Assembly (NCBI GenBank): GCA_963754875.1
Contig: CAVWHO010000020.1
Coordinates: forward strand, 175,374 to 239,373
Length of the DNA stretch: 64,000 nt
Direction of reading: 5' to 3'
From: Nitrospirota bacterium
GTDB lineage: Bacteria > Nitrospirota > UBA9217
Under the pieces are notes generated by a model. The model was not told the origin of the DNA. It saw only the letters and a list, made by a program, of their open reading frames with translations, and searched no databases. Shown here one piece after another: positions 18,958 through 27,215 of this stretch. The translations under genes were made by a program, and so were the position numbers. Within the stretch, counting starts at the first letter, position 1; every line of letters begins with the position of its first letter.

Positions 18958-20955
18958 CTAAATCAGCACCGCATGTACGGCGTCCATCACGTTGTCGACC
19001 AGGCGAAGCTCGATGTCCTTTTTTACTTCTTCATCCAGTTCATCCACGTCGTCGCGGTTGCGGGCGGGCACGATCATGGTCTTGACCTTTGCTCGCTTGG
19101 CTGCCAGGACCTTTTCCCTGATGCCGCCCACCGGAAGTACCCGTCCCGTGAGAGTGATCTCGCCGGTCACGGCGATGTCCTTTCGCGCCGGGCGCCCGGT
19201 GAGCAGCGAGGCAAGGGCAAGGAGGATGGTGATGCCGGCCGACGGGCCGTCTTTCTGGATCGCGCCGGAAGGCACATGGACGTGGATGTCTTTCTGCTCA
19301 AAAAAATTGTCAGGGATGCCGAAGGCCTCGGCATTGCTCCTGATATAGGATAGGGCCGCCTGCGCCGACTCACGCATGACGTCGCCGAGGGATCCGGTGA
19401 TGATCAACTCTTTCGTGCCGTTCATTTTTGCTGCTTCCACGAAAATGATGTCTCCGCCTGTTTCGGTCCGCACGAGTCCTGTTGCGACGCCGATGCGGTC
19501 TTGCTCCTCGACCACGTCGAAGTGGTACTTCCGTTTGCCGAGATACGTCTCGACCGCGGCCGGCGTAATCACGACGGTTTCCGGCAGACCATGCCGGTCG
19601 ACAGAGGATTTGGCGATCTTTCTGCAGATGGTAGCGATCGTGCGCTCGAGGTTCCGGATGCCTGCTTCCCGGGTGTACTCCCGGATGATTTTTGCTACGG
19701 CGTCACCGGTAAAAACGACGTCGTCCGGAGACAGACCTTTCTCGCGGATCTGTTTCGGACAGAGGAACCGTGAAGCGATAAGCGCTTTTTCCTCCTCTGT
19801 GTAACCCGAGAACTCGATTACTTCCATGCGGTCCCGAAGCGGGGCCGGGACGGTTTCAAGCACGTTCGCGGTCAGGATAAACATGACGCCTGAAAGGTCG
19901 AAGGGAGCGTCCAGATAGTGGTCCACGAACGCGCGGTTCTGCTCCGGATCGAGCACTTCGAGCAGCGCCGATGCAGGGTCGCCCTTGAAGTCACGTCCGA
20001 TCTTGTCAAGTTCGTCGAGCATGATCACCGGGTTGGCCGATTCGACGCGGCGGATCTCCTCTATCACCCTGCCGGGCTTCGCCCCGACGTACGTGCGGCG
20101 GTGCCCCCGGATGTCTGCTTCGTCCTTGAGGCCGCCGAGGGCGATGCGGGTGAACTTTCTGCCGAGGGCCCGCGCAATGGAACGGCCGAGGGACGTCTTG
20201 CCTGTACCCGGAGGACCGGCGAAACAGAGGACCGAGCCCTTCGTGTTTGCCCGCACTGTCTTTGTATCCAATGCCTTCTTGATGGTGTCACGGACTTCAT
20301 CGAGCTTAAAGGGCTTCGCAATATAGTGGAAAGCCCCTTTTTGCATTGCCTCGATGGCGGAGGGGACCGTGGCAAAGCCGGTTATCATGACGACCCGGGC
20401 GTCCGGGTACCGGACCTTGATCCGGTCCAGGAGGTCCATGCCGTCGATTTTCCCCATGCGAAGGTCGGTCAGCACTACATCGAACTCGTCCATGTCGAGC
20501 TCTTTGAGCGCATCTTCGCCGCCTGCTACGGCAACCACGTCATACTCTTCCTTCGTAAGCACGTGAGCAAGGTTCTTTCGCGCGATCTCTTCATCATCGA
20601 CGATCAGGATTCGTGCCTTTTTGCTCATCCTGAGCACCTTCACGGCCAGGTGCTCGAGGACCCGCTCCTTGATCGTGCTGAGGCCGTAGTGGTTTTCGTT
20701 CAGGATACGCTCGGCACGGGAGAGGTCGAGATTGTCTTCGGTCTTTTTGTTCCACGGCAGACAGGCGAGGTAGTCGATGTAGGTCACACCGATGGTGTAT
20801 TCGGCAGACGATGGGCTGATCTTTGCCAGGATCGAGAGCTCCTGATCAGCGATCTTCTCCACCGGCCCGGGCATGCCGGCGCGAGATATTTTCTGGCGCA
20901 GCTCGGCAATGATAAGTTCGTGCTCGTTGTCGTCCGATTTTTTAAAAAATTTCAT
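18958..20955 (-). CDS. Lon-family ATP-dependent protease lacking the N-terminal substrate domain and carrying an inserted response-regulator receiver domain (linker-REC-AAA+-protease)
   Basis: YIDYLACLPWNKKTEDNLDLSRAERILNENHYGLSTIKERVLEHLAV is the Lon pre-AAA helical linker. ARILIVDDEEIARKNL...VLTDLRMGKIDGMDLL...AKPFKL is a CheY-like REC. GPPGTGKTSLGRSIA...GHRRTYVGAKPGR is Lon AAA+. DGPSAGITIL...GGIREKVLAAKRA supplies the Ser-Lys dyad. The ORF track begins at 20988; the ATG at 20955 has GAAGG upstream. Confidence 0.8.
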   Translation of the reverse strand: MKFFKKSDDNEHELIIAELRQKISRAGMPGPVEKIADQELSILAKISPSSAEYTIGVTYIDYLACLPWNKKTEDNLDLSRAERILNENHYGLSTIKERVLEHLAVKVLRMSKKARILIVDDEEIARKNLAHVLTKEEYDVVAVAGGEDALKELDMDEFDVVLTDLRMGKIDGMDLLDRIKVRYPDARVVMITGFATVPSAIEAMQKGAFHYIAKPFKLDEVRDTIKKALDTKTVRANTKGSVLCFAGPPGTGKTSLGRSIARALGRKFTRIALGGLKDEADIRGHRRTYVGAKPGRVIEEIRRVESANPVIMLDELDKIGRDFKGDPASALLEVLDPEQNRAFVDHYLDAPFDLSGVMFILTANVLETVPAPLRDRMEVIEFSGYTEEEKALIASRFLCPKQIREKGLSPDDVVFTGDAVAKIIREYTREAGIRNLERTIATICRKIAKSSVDRHGLPETVVITPAAVETYLGKRKYHFDVVEEQDRIGVATGLVRTETGGDIIFVEAAKMNGTKELIITGSLGDVMRESAQAALSYIRSNAEAFGIPDNFFEQKDIHVHVPSGAIQKDGPSAGITILLALASLLTGRPARKDIAVTGEITLTGRVLPVGGIREKVLAAKRAKVKTMIVPARNRDDVDELDEEVKKDIELRLVDNVMDAVHAVLI

Positions 20956-21229
20956 GTGCCTTCGTAAAAAACAATAAAGTGGTTGCATTTTACAACGTTC
21001 AGATTATCAATGCAACACTCAAAAAATCTTTTTTATTCAACGCGTAGCATGACTTTAGAGATAAAGCATTGCATTCTAAAACAATGGTGGACGAAAGTAC
21101 GATTTTTTATATTTATGTATTGTATCATTTTTTCAATGCATTATGCCGAGAAAAGGTTTTGGCACGAAGGTTGTAATTAGGAATAGTGAAAGAGCACAAG
21201 AAAACATCACGGGAAAGGAGGAACAGAGT

Positions 21230-21406
21230 ATGAAAACCTTAATGGAGAAATTAGAAACCACCATGGCGGCAGCTGCATTTGCAGAGGAAGGCGAGTTCGA
21301 GACCGCCCTCCAGATCCTGAGGGAAGATCAGCCGAGAAAAACCGACAGGCCGTCTGTTCATGATTATAAGAGACCATCTGCCAGAAAAGAACTGCGAGCC
21401 GACTGA
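21230..21406 (+). CDS. small hypothetical protein with an N-terminal TMAAAAFAEEGEFETA motif
   Basis: AAAGGAGG RBS 8 nt upstream. Shares its motif with the next gene. Confidence 0.5.
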   Translation: MKTLMEKLETTMAAAAFAEEGEFETALQILREDQPRKTDRPSVHDYKRPSARKELRAD

Positions 21407-21464
21407 TATTGCTGGCAACGCCTCAAGCGACTGTGAAAAAGCTGCATTCGTCAATAGAGGGACC

Positions 21465-21971
21465 ATGGAAACGACAAAGATCAAAAAGATGATGAAAATG
21501 GTGGAGCAGGCCCTGACAGCAGCATCATTTGCCGAAGAAGGGGAAGCGGAGACCGCCAATGCATTACTGTGGGAATCGCGGCGGGTGCTGCTGGGGCTCA
21601 AGGCAGGGCAGATAGATCCCAAAACACTGAAATACGCTCTCAACTCAGCCAGGCGGATCAATGCGCATCTCGACATTCTCTACGTTACCGGAGCGGTCAG
21701 CCAGAGTAAGGGTACGATTGATCCCGTACTTGAGCCATTTGTGTCGGAACTAACTGCAGCAGGGATTCCTTTTCGCCTGATCCCCCGGTCCGGTTGTCTT
21801 AAACAGCAGATAATCGACTACTCGAACAGTGAGAAGGAAATCCTGTTCGCCGTCATTGAGTCCCCGGCTACATTGGACGATGACTGCAATAAGCGCGACA
21901 AGGTGCTTGCTGAACTGTGGCGCCAACTGAAGTGTCCGCTCGTCGTGGTTATGGACGGGGCTGGGGCGTAA
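21465..21971 (+). CDS. protein with the same N-terminal motif (LTAASFAEEGEAETA) followed by a Usp-like alpha/beta domain
   Basis: AGAGGGA RBS. The C-terminal region LDILYVTG...ILFAVIESP...VVVMDG resembles the universal stress protein / adenine-nucleotide alpha-hydrolase fold. Confidence 0.55.
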   Translation: METTKIKKMMKMVEQALTAASFAEEGEAETANALLWESRRVLLGLKAGQIDPKTLKYALNSARRINAHLDILYVTGAVSQSKGTIDPVLEPFVSELTAAGIPFRLIPRSGCLKQQIIDYSNSEKEILFAVIESPATLDDDCNKRDKVLAELWRQLKCPLVVVMDGAGA

Positions 21972-21980
21972 TTAAGATAA

Positions 21981-22030
21981 GTCTCAAGTTTCATGTCTCA
22001 GGTCTCAAGAAACTCAAGTTTCAAGTCAAA
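21981..22030. repeat. second cluster of GTCTCAAGTTT-type motifs
   Basis: gtctcaagtttcatgtctcaggtctcaagaaactcaagtttcaagtc. Lies directly after the stop of the Usp-like gene. Confidence 0.7.
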
Positions 22031-22076
22031 CCAGAAAACTCAATACAATATTATTTCAATTCAAGGAGGATTTATC

Positions 22077-22328
22077 ATGGCACACAGCACCACGAAGAAA
22101 AAGCCGGTCGCTGCGATGATCGTTATGGGCATCATATCCCTGGCGCTCTATGCGGCGCTCCTGCTCAAACAGGATATGGTAAACAGTATTTTTGCCAAGG
22201 GCGGGCTGTACGCGCTGCTGCCGATCATCACGGCATTCATTTTTTCGTTTTTCCACGGCTCGTTTACCGGGCATTTCTGGACCGTACTCGGCGTAGAAGC
22301 GTCAAAGAAAAAAATGGAGGTAAAATAA
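22077..22328 (+). CDS. small 2-TM membrane protein immediately upstream of the TauE/SafE permease
   Basis: AGGAGGA RBS. Its stop lies 1 nt before the next ATG, suggesting coupling. Confidence 0.55.
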   Translation: MAHSTTKKKPVAAMIVMGIISLALYAALLLKQDMVNSIFAKGGLYALLPIITAFIFSFFHGSFTGHFWTVLGVEASKKKMEVK

Positions 22329-22329
22329 C

Positions 22330-23412
22330 ATGGACGATATCGTGACGAATTTCATCAATCTTGACGCTATTACCATCCTCTATCTGTTCGGTGTCGGATT
22401 TGTCGGCGGTCTGGTCAGCGGATTTATCGGTTCGGGCGGCGCTTTTGTTCTCACGCCGGGCATGATGAGCCTGGGCGTCCCTGGTCTCGTTGCAGTGGCG
22501 AGCAATATGTGCCACAAGTTTCCCAAAGCGCTCGTGGGTTCAATCAAACGTGCAAAATACGGGCAGGTTGACGTAAAGCTCGGCATTGTACTGGGTATTT
22601 CGGCTGAAGCCGGCGTGCTCTACGGCGCCCAGATCCAGGAAAACATCAAAAAAGCCTTCGGTGATGCCGGTTCCAATCTGTACGTGAGCGTGGCTTTTGT
22701 TGTGATTTTGGCAACGGTCGGCGGCTTCGTTCTTTATGACGCGTGGAAAACCTACAAGGCCGGAAACTCCCATGCCGTGGAAACGACCGGGAAACTGGCC
22801 AAGTGGGTGCAGTCCATCAATATCCCCGGCACCATGGTCTATTTCAAGAGCATCAATGCACGCGTATCTATCCTCTTCACGATCCCCCTCGGGTTTGCCA
22901 CCGGCATGCTGGCAGCCACGATCGCGGTCGGCGGCTTCATCGGCGTCCCCTCTATGATCTACGTCCTCGGTGCACCCAGCCTCATGGCCTCGGCCACGGA
23001 GCTGGTGATCGCTTTCGTCATGGGCCTCGGCGGTTCGCTCAAGTATGCCATGCACGGCATGGTCGACATCCGCCTTGCCATGATCATCCTCGCGGGATCG
23101 CTCTTCGGCATTCAGCTCGGAGCAATCGGCACAACCTATGTGAAGCCCTTCATGATCAAGGTCGTCATGGGCCTGATCATGGTAATCGTATTGTTCAGCC
23201 GGGGCCTCATGGTCCCTGTGTATCTTGCCCAGCTCGGTCTCATTGATAAATTGGGCGAGGGAACGGTGTCGTTGCTCAAGACCACGAGCTTTGCGATAAT
23301 GATCTTTGCACTGATGCTCGGTGCCTTCATCGTCCTTCGTGCCATGTGGCAGGGACGCCAGGCCGAGAGATTACAGCATGCGACTGGAGCCCTGGAACGT
23401 GGGGAAGTATAG
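22330..23412 (+). CDS. TauE/SafE (TSUP) family anion (sulfite/sulfonate) exporter-type permease
   Basis: GFIGSGGAFVLTPGMM, the duplicated 4-TM repeats and an overall 8-10 TM topology. Confidence 0.75.
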   Translation: MDDIVTNFINLDAITILYLFGVGFVGGLVSGFIGSGGAFVLTPGMMSLGVPGLVAVASNMCHKFPKALVGSIKRAKYGQVDVKLGIVLGISAEAGVLYGAQIQENIKKAFGDAGSNLYVSVAFVVILATVGGFVLYDAWKTYKAGNSHAVETTGKLAKWVQSINIPGTMVYFKSINARVSILFTIPLGFATGMLAATIAVGGFIGVPSMIYVLGAPSLMASATELVIAFVMGLGGSLKYAMHGMVDIRLAMIILAGSLFGIQLGAIGTTYVKPFMIKVVMGLIMVIVLFSRGLMVPVYLAQLGLIDKLGEGTVSLLKTTSFAIMIFALMLGAFIVLRAMWQGRQAERLQHATGALERGEV

Positions 23413-24253
23413 GAAGATCCTTGTTGCTGTAGACGGATCGGAATCGAGCCGGAACGCCCTTCACCAGGCGTTCCGGTTTGCTATTGATGAGAAATGCTGG
23501 ATCACCGTGACGTCGGTGGTGCCCCCGTACGAGGGGGAGATAGAGATCCTTGGCGTCAGGGACATCCGCGCTGCCTTGCGGAAACCTTGTGAAGAGGCCC
23601 TGGATGATGCCCAACGGTTCGCGGACGAGGAGCGCGCTCTCATCAAGACGGTTTGCGAAGAAGGGGAGGCGCATGAGCGCATTGTCGAACTTGCCGACGC
23701 GGAGAACTGTGACCTCATCATCATGGGGCGGCGGGGGCTCCGGCCCGTCGAGCGCATGCTGGTCGGGCGCGTCACGGCGCGGGTCATCGGCCATACGCAT
23801 CTCGATGTCCTGGTTGTCCCGAACAATACGACCGTCGGCTGGAAAAAAATCGTGCTGGCGACCGACGGTTCGAAGTACAGCGCGGCAGCGGCAGAACGGG
23901 CGATCGCCTTTGCCAAATCCTACGGCGGGGAACTGAAAGTCCTGTCGGTTGCTGACCTGCCTCCGGAATTTTATGCCGAAGCCCCCCAAGCAGTAGAGGA
24001 TCTTGTGCACAAAGCGAAAGGGTTCGTGTCTGCTGTAAAAAAACAGGCCGAGGCTGTGGGAGTGCCGGCAGAGACCTTTGTGGGGGAGGCGGAAGCGTAT
24101 CAGGCGATCAATAACCTTAGGTGGGATCAGAAGGCCGACATCATCGTCCTGGGGTCGCATGGCAGGACCGGTCTGCGCCGTCTCCTCATGGGAAGCGTCA
24201 CTGAAAAAGTCATCGGATATGCGTCCTGTCCCGTGCTCGTTGTCAAAACGTAA
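23378..24253 (+). CDS. tandem universal stress protein (UspA) domain protein
   Basis: Two Usp repeats (KILVAVDGSESS... and KIVLATDGSKYS...GSHGRTGLRRLLMGSVTEKV). The start is uncertain (ATG 23378 or GTG 23399). Confidence 0.75.
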   Translation: MRLEPWNVGKYRKILVAVDGSESSRNALHQAFRFAIDEKCWITVTSVVPPYEGEIEILGVRDIRAALRKPCEEALDDAQRFADEERALIKTVCEEGEAHERIVELADAENCDLIIMGRRGLRPVERMLVGRVTARVIGHTHLDVLVVPNNTTVGWKKIVLATDGSKYSAAAAERAIAFAKSYGGELKVLSVADLPPEFYAEAPQAVEDLVHKAKGFVSAVKKQAEAVGVPAETFVGEAEAYQAINNLRWDQKADIIVLGSHGRTGLRRLLMGSVTEKVIGYASCPVLVVKT

Positions 24254-24278
24254 TGCCATTTAGATGTTAATCTCATGG

Positions 24279-24334
24279 ATCCCGCAACTTGCAATCCCCC
24301 GGCTCCTGCCTGCCGGAGGGTGCCCCATTCGCAC
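24279..24334 (+). repeat. ~50-nt dispersed repeat, copy B
   Basis: atcccgcaacttgcaatcccccggctcctgcctgccggagggtgccccattcgca; see copy A at 15042. Confidence 0.7.
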
Positions 24335-24495
24335 TCCCTGCTTATCCTGAATTTATTTGTCAGAACGATCTCTGTCAATGGGTACAACGACGCCGAAGGC
24401 TGGCTGGGAATAAAAAAAATCGGTTATGCTCTCTGCCTCATGTTCGTCGAGTAACCGTGAACAGGCGCCGGAGGCCTCCTTCGCCCATTTATGAA

Positions 24496-24524
24496 TTGAC
24501 AGCATGAAGAAAGGCCGGTATAAT
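24496..24524 (+). promoter_or_regulatory. consensus sigma-70 promoter (TTGACA-17 bp-TATAAT) for tatA paralog 2
   Basis: Perfect hexamers with a 17-bp spacer, 27 nt upstream of the tatA2 ATG. Confidence 0.75.
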
Positions 24525-24550
24525 AAATTGTCGTTAAGGAGGGGAACACC

Positions 24551-24751
24551 ATGTTTGAAGGCCTGTTTCAGCCCATGCATCTGATTCTTATCTTGCTTAT
24601 TGTGCTCATCATTTTTGGACCCGGCAAGCTTCCCGAACTCGGCGAGGGGCTCGGAAAAAGCATTAAAGCTTTTAAGAAGGCCATGAAGGACGAGAGCAGC
24701 GAAAAAACCGAAATACCAACCATAGAGCACAAGGAAGAAAAAAAGGCGTAG
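24551..24751 (+). CDS. tatA: twin-arginine translocase subunit TatA/E (paralog 2)
   Basis: MFEGLFQPMHLILILLIVLIIFGPGKLPELGEGLG; AGGAGGGG RBS. Confidence 0.9.
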   Translation: MFEGLFQPMHLILILLIVLIIFGPGKLPELGEGLGKSIKAFKKAMKDESSEKTEIPTIEHKEEKKA

Positions 24752-24796
24752 CCTACACCCCGCCATATCAGTTCCTTTTGAATATTCAGCATACCA

Positions 24797-24842
24797 AAGA
24801 CACGGGTTGAGGTAGTGATCCTCAATCCGTGTCTTTTTTGTG
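24797..24842 (+). terminator. rho-independent terminator after tatA2
   Basis: aaagacacgggttgagg...cctcaatccgtgtcttttttgtgttt: a long stem followed by a T-run. Confidence 0.8.
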
Positions 24843-24930
24843 TTTATCCCGTTGTTTACCGGCAACTCCAGGAACAACGATAGTAAACCGGATAGATTCG
24901 GTCATTGAATACTGTTTGTCCATTATCTTT

Positions 24931-26745
24931 ATGCCTGACACAACCTCCTCGTTCAGAGGAATCATAAAGTCTCTCGGCCTGGTCTTCGGCGACATCGGCA
25001 CAAGCCCGATCTACACCCTCACGGTCATTATCCTGCTCACCCCGCCGACGATGGAAAACGTGATCGGCGTACTATCGCTCATCGTCTGGACTCTCATCAT
25101 ATTGGTGACCGTGGAGTATGCATGGCTCGCCATGAGTCTGGGCAAGCGCGGCGAGGGCGGGACCATAGTGCTTAGGGAGCTACTGGTGCCGCTGCTGAAG
25201 ACAGGCCGGCAGGTGAGCCTTGTAACGCTGCTCTCCTTTATCGGCATTTCGCTCATCATCGGAGACGGTGTCATCACTCCTGCCATCAGTATCCTATCCG
25301 CTGTGGAAGGCATGCTTCTGATCAAGGGGCTTGAGGGGATAAGCCAGACGTCCCTCGTGGTCATCGCCGGTGCCATCGCCATCCTGCTCTTTTCATTTCA
25401 AAAAAAGGGAACCGAGCGCGTTGCCGGCGCTTTTGGCCCCCTGATGCTGGTTTGGTTTGCTGCCTTGAGTGTGTCGGGCCTGGCCTCCATCGTCCAGGTA
25501 CCTGTGGTGATCAAGGCGATCAACCCTTACTACGCCCTTGTCTTCCTCGTCAAAAACGGAATAGGCGGGTTCTTCGTACTCTCCGAGGTTATTCTGTGCG
25601 CAACGGGCGGTGAAGCACTTTATGCCGACATGGGCCATCTCGGCCGTGAGCCCATCGTCCGGGCATGGTACTTCGTTTTCATTGCACTCGTGCTCAATTA
25701 TCTCGGCCAGGGCGCCTTTTTGATCCAGCATCCCGATGCCAAGAACGTGCTGTTCGAAATGGTCTATCACCAGGCACAATTCCTCTACATCCCGTTCCTT
25801 GTCCTCTCCATCATTGCAACGGTCATTGCGTCACAAGCGATGATCAGCGGCATGTTCTCGATCGTCTATCAGGGTATCACGACGCGGATCATGCCCATGT
25901 TCAAGGTCGATTACACGTCCGAAGAACGACACTCCCAGATATATATCGGCTTCGTAAACTGGTTCCTGCTCTTCTGTGTGCTCTACATTATCAAAGAGTT
26001 CCGCGAATCAAGCAAGCTGGCTGCCGCCTACGGTCTGGCTGTCACCGGCACCATGACCCTTACCGGCATCTTCATGACCTGGATTTTCATGCTCCGGAAA
26101 AAATACGGACATGCGGCCGTTTCCCTGCTCGTCACGTTCGTAACTTTCACCTTTCTGTTGTCCAATACCTACAAGATACCGCACGGCGGGTATTGGTCCA
26201 TCATTATTGCAGCCATCCCGTTTTCTATCATCATGCTCTACCGCGTGGGGCAGCGGAAGCTCTACAATGCGCTCCAACCTCTGCCGATCGATGTTTTTTT
26301 GCTGAGCTACAATCAAATTTATCAAAGGGCGAGCAAGATCAACGGTACGGCGCTTTATTTTGCCAAGGATGCCAAAGAAATACCGCCCTACATCGTCCAT
26401 ACGATGTTCAAGAACAATATCCTTTACGAAGACAATATTATTGTTTCAATCGTAAAGCGGGAAGACCCCTTCGGCGTTACCGGATTTTTCAAAGGGGAGC
26501 TTGCCCAGGGCCTGCGCGCCTTCGAGATTCAGATGGGATACATGGAAGTGCCCGATGTTGAGGAGATTCTTAGGGAGGCGGGGATCCAGGAGAAGACGAT
26601 TTTCTACGGCGTCGAGGACATCCTGCCGAGCAACCTTATCTGGCAGATTTTTTCGTTGATCAAGAGGCTGACGCCGAACATCGTCCAGTTCTACAAACTT
26701 CCTTACAATAAACTTCACGGTGTCGTGACGAGGATTGAGTTATAA
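24931..26745 (+). CDS. kup: KUP/HAK/KT family potassium uptake transporter
   Basis: GLVFGDIGTSPIYT signature near the N-terminus, ~12 TM helices, and a C-terminal cytoplasmic domain. The start is taken at the internal ATG that precedes the conserved motif. Confidence 0.85.
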   Translation: MPDTTSSFRGIIKSLGLVFGDIGTSPIYTLTVIILLTPPTMENVIGVLSLIVWTLIILVTVEYAWLAMSLGKRGEGGTIVLRELLVPLLKTGRQVSLVTLLSFIGISLIIGDGVITPAISILSAVEGMLLIKGLEGISQTSLVVIAGAIAILLFSFQKKGTERVAGAFGPLMLVWFAALSVSGLASIVQVPVVIKAINPYYALVFLVKNGIGGFFVLSEVILCATGGEALYADMGHLGREPIVRAWYFVFIALVLNYLGQGAFLIQHPDAKNVLFEMVYHQAQFLYIPFLVLSIIATVIASQAMISGMFSIVYQGITTRIMPMFKVDYTSEERHSQIYIGFVNWFLLFCVLYIIKEFRESSKLAAAYGLAVTGTMTLTGIFMTWIFMLRKKYGHAAVSLLVTFVTFTFLLSNTYKIPHGGYWSIIIAAIPFSIIMLYRVGQRKLYNALQPLPIDVFLLSYNQIYQRASKINGTALYFAKDAKEIPPYIVHTMFKNNILYEDNIIVSIVKREDPFGVTGFFKGELAQGLRAFEIQMGYMEVPDVEEILREAGIQEKTIFYGVEDILPSNLIWQIFSLIKRLTPNIVQFYKLPYNKLHGVVTRIEL

Positions 26746-26875
26746 AGTTCGAATGCCGGTTGGGACCGTTTCAAGTTGAACCAGAGTGGTCATCAGTCCA
26801 ATCGGGGGTCGTTTTCTGACCCATAGTAATCTTTTTTCGGCTGTGGTATAGTATTCTCGAAGGTGGTGAACTTTT

Positions 26876-27181
26876 ATGGTGGACAACATCAATAATGCAC
26901 CGTTAACAGCGCTTAATGCTTATAGCACTCTGCTGAACAATACGGCCAATAATGTTGCCAATATGAATACCGATACCTATCGACCTCTTGAAACCACCAT
27001 GCAGGATTCCACTCCTTCAGGCGTCACGGCAATAACGTCGCGGAACGAAAATGGAGACCGTGTCGATCTTTCAAGGGAGGCGGTGAGTCTGATCACCGCG
27101 GAGACCGGTTTCAAGGCAAACATCGACGTTTTAAAAACCGTTCAAAAAATGCAGAAGAGCGTTATTGACATAATTGCATAG
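26876..27181 (+). CDS. short flagellar basal-body-rod-family (FlgB/FlgC-like) protein, orphan
   Basis: N-terminal ANNVANMNTDTY matches the rod N-terminal signature (ANNiANanTpGY), and the C-terminus is DVDLSREAVSLITAETGFKANIDVLKT. An upstream -10 tatagt is present. Confidence 0.45.
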   Translation: MVDNINNAPLTALNAYSTLLNNTANNVANMNTDTYRPLETTMQDSTPSGVTAITSRNENGDRVDLSREAVSLITAETGFKANIDVLKTVQKMQKSVIDIIA

Positions 27182-27215
27182 GTTCGTGAGAGGGTAGGCG
27201 TTGTTGGGGAAGGGG

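Noticed and set aside
19918-20967. 349-aa ORF antisense to the REC-Lon gene
   Set aside because: Shadow ORF. The Lon frame has Walker A/B and the Ser-Lys dyad.
26746-26875. tRNA-like T-loop string (aGTTCGAATgcc) just after kup
   Set aside because: No acceptor, D or anticodon arms could be built. The segment is the kup stop region plus the promoter (tatagt) of the next gene.
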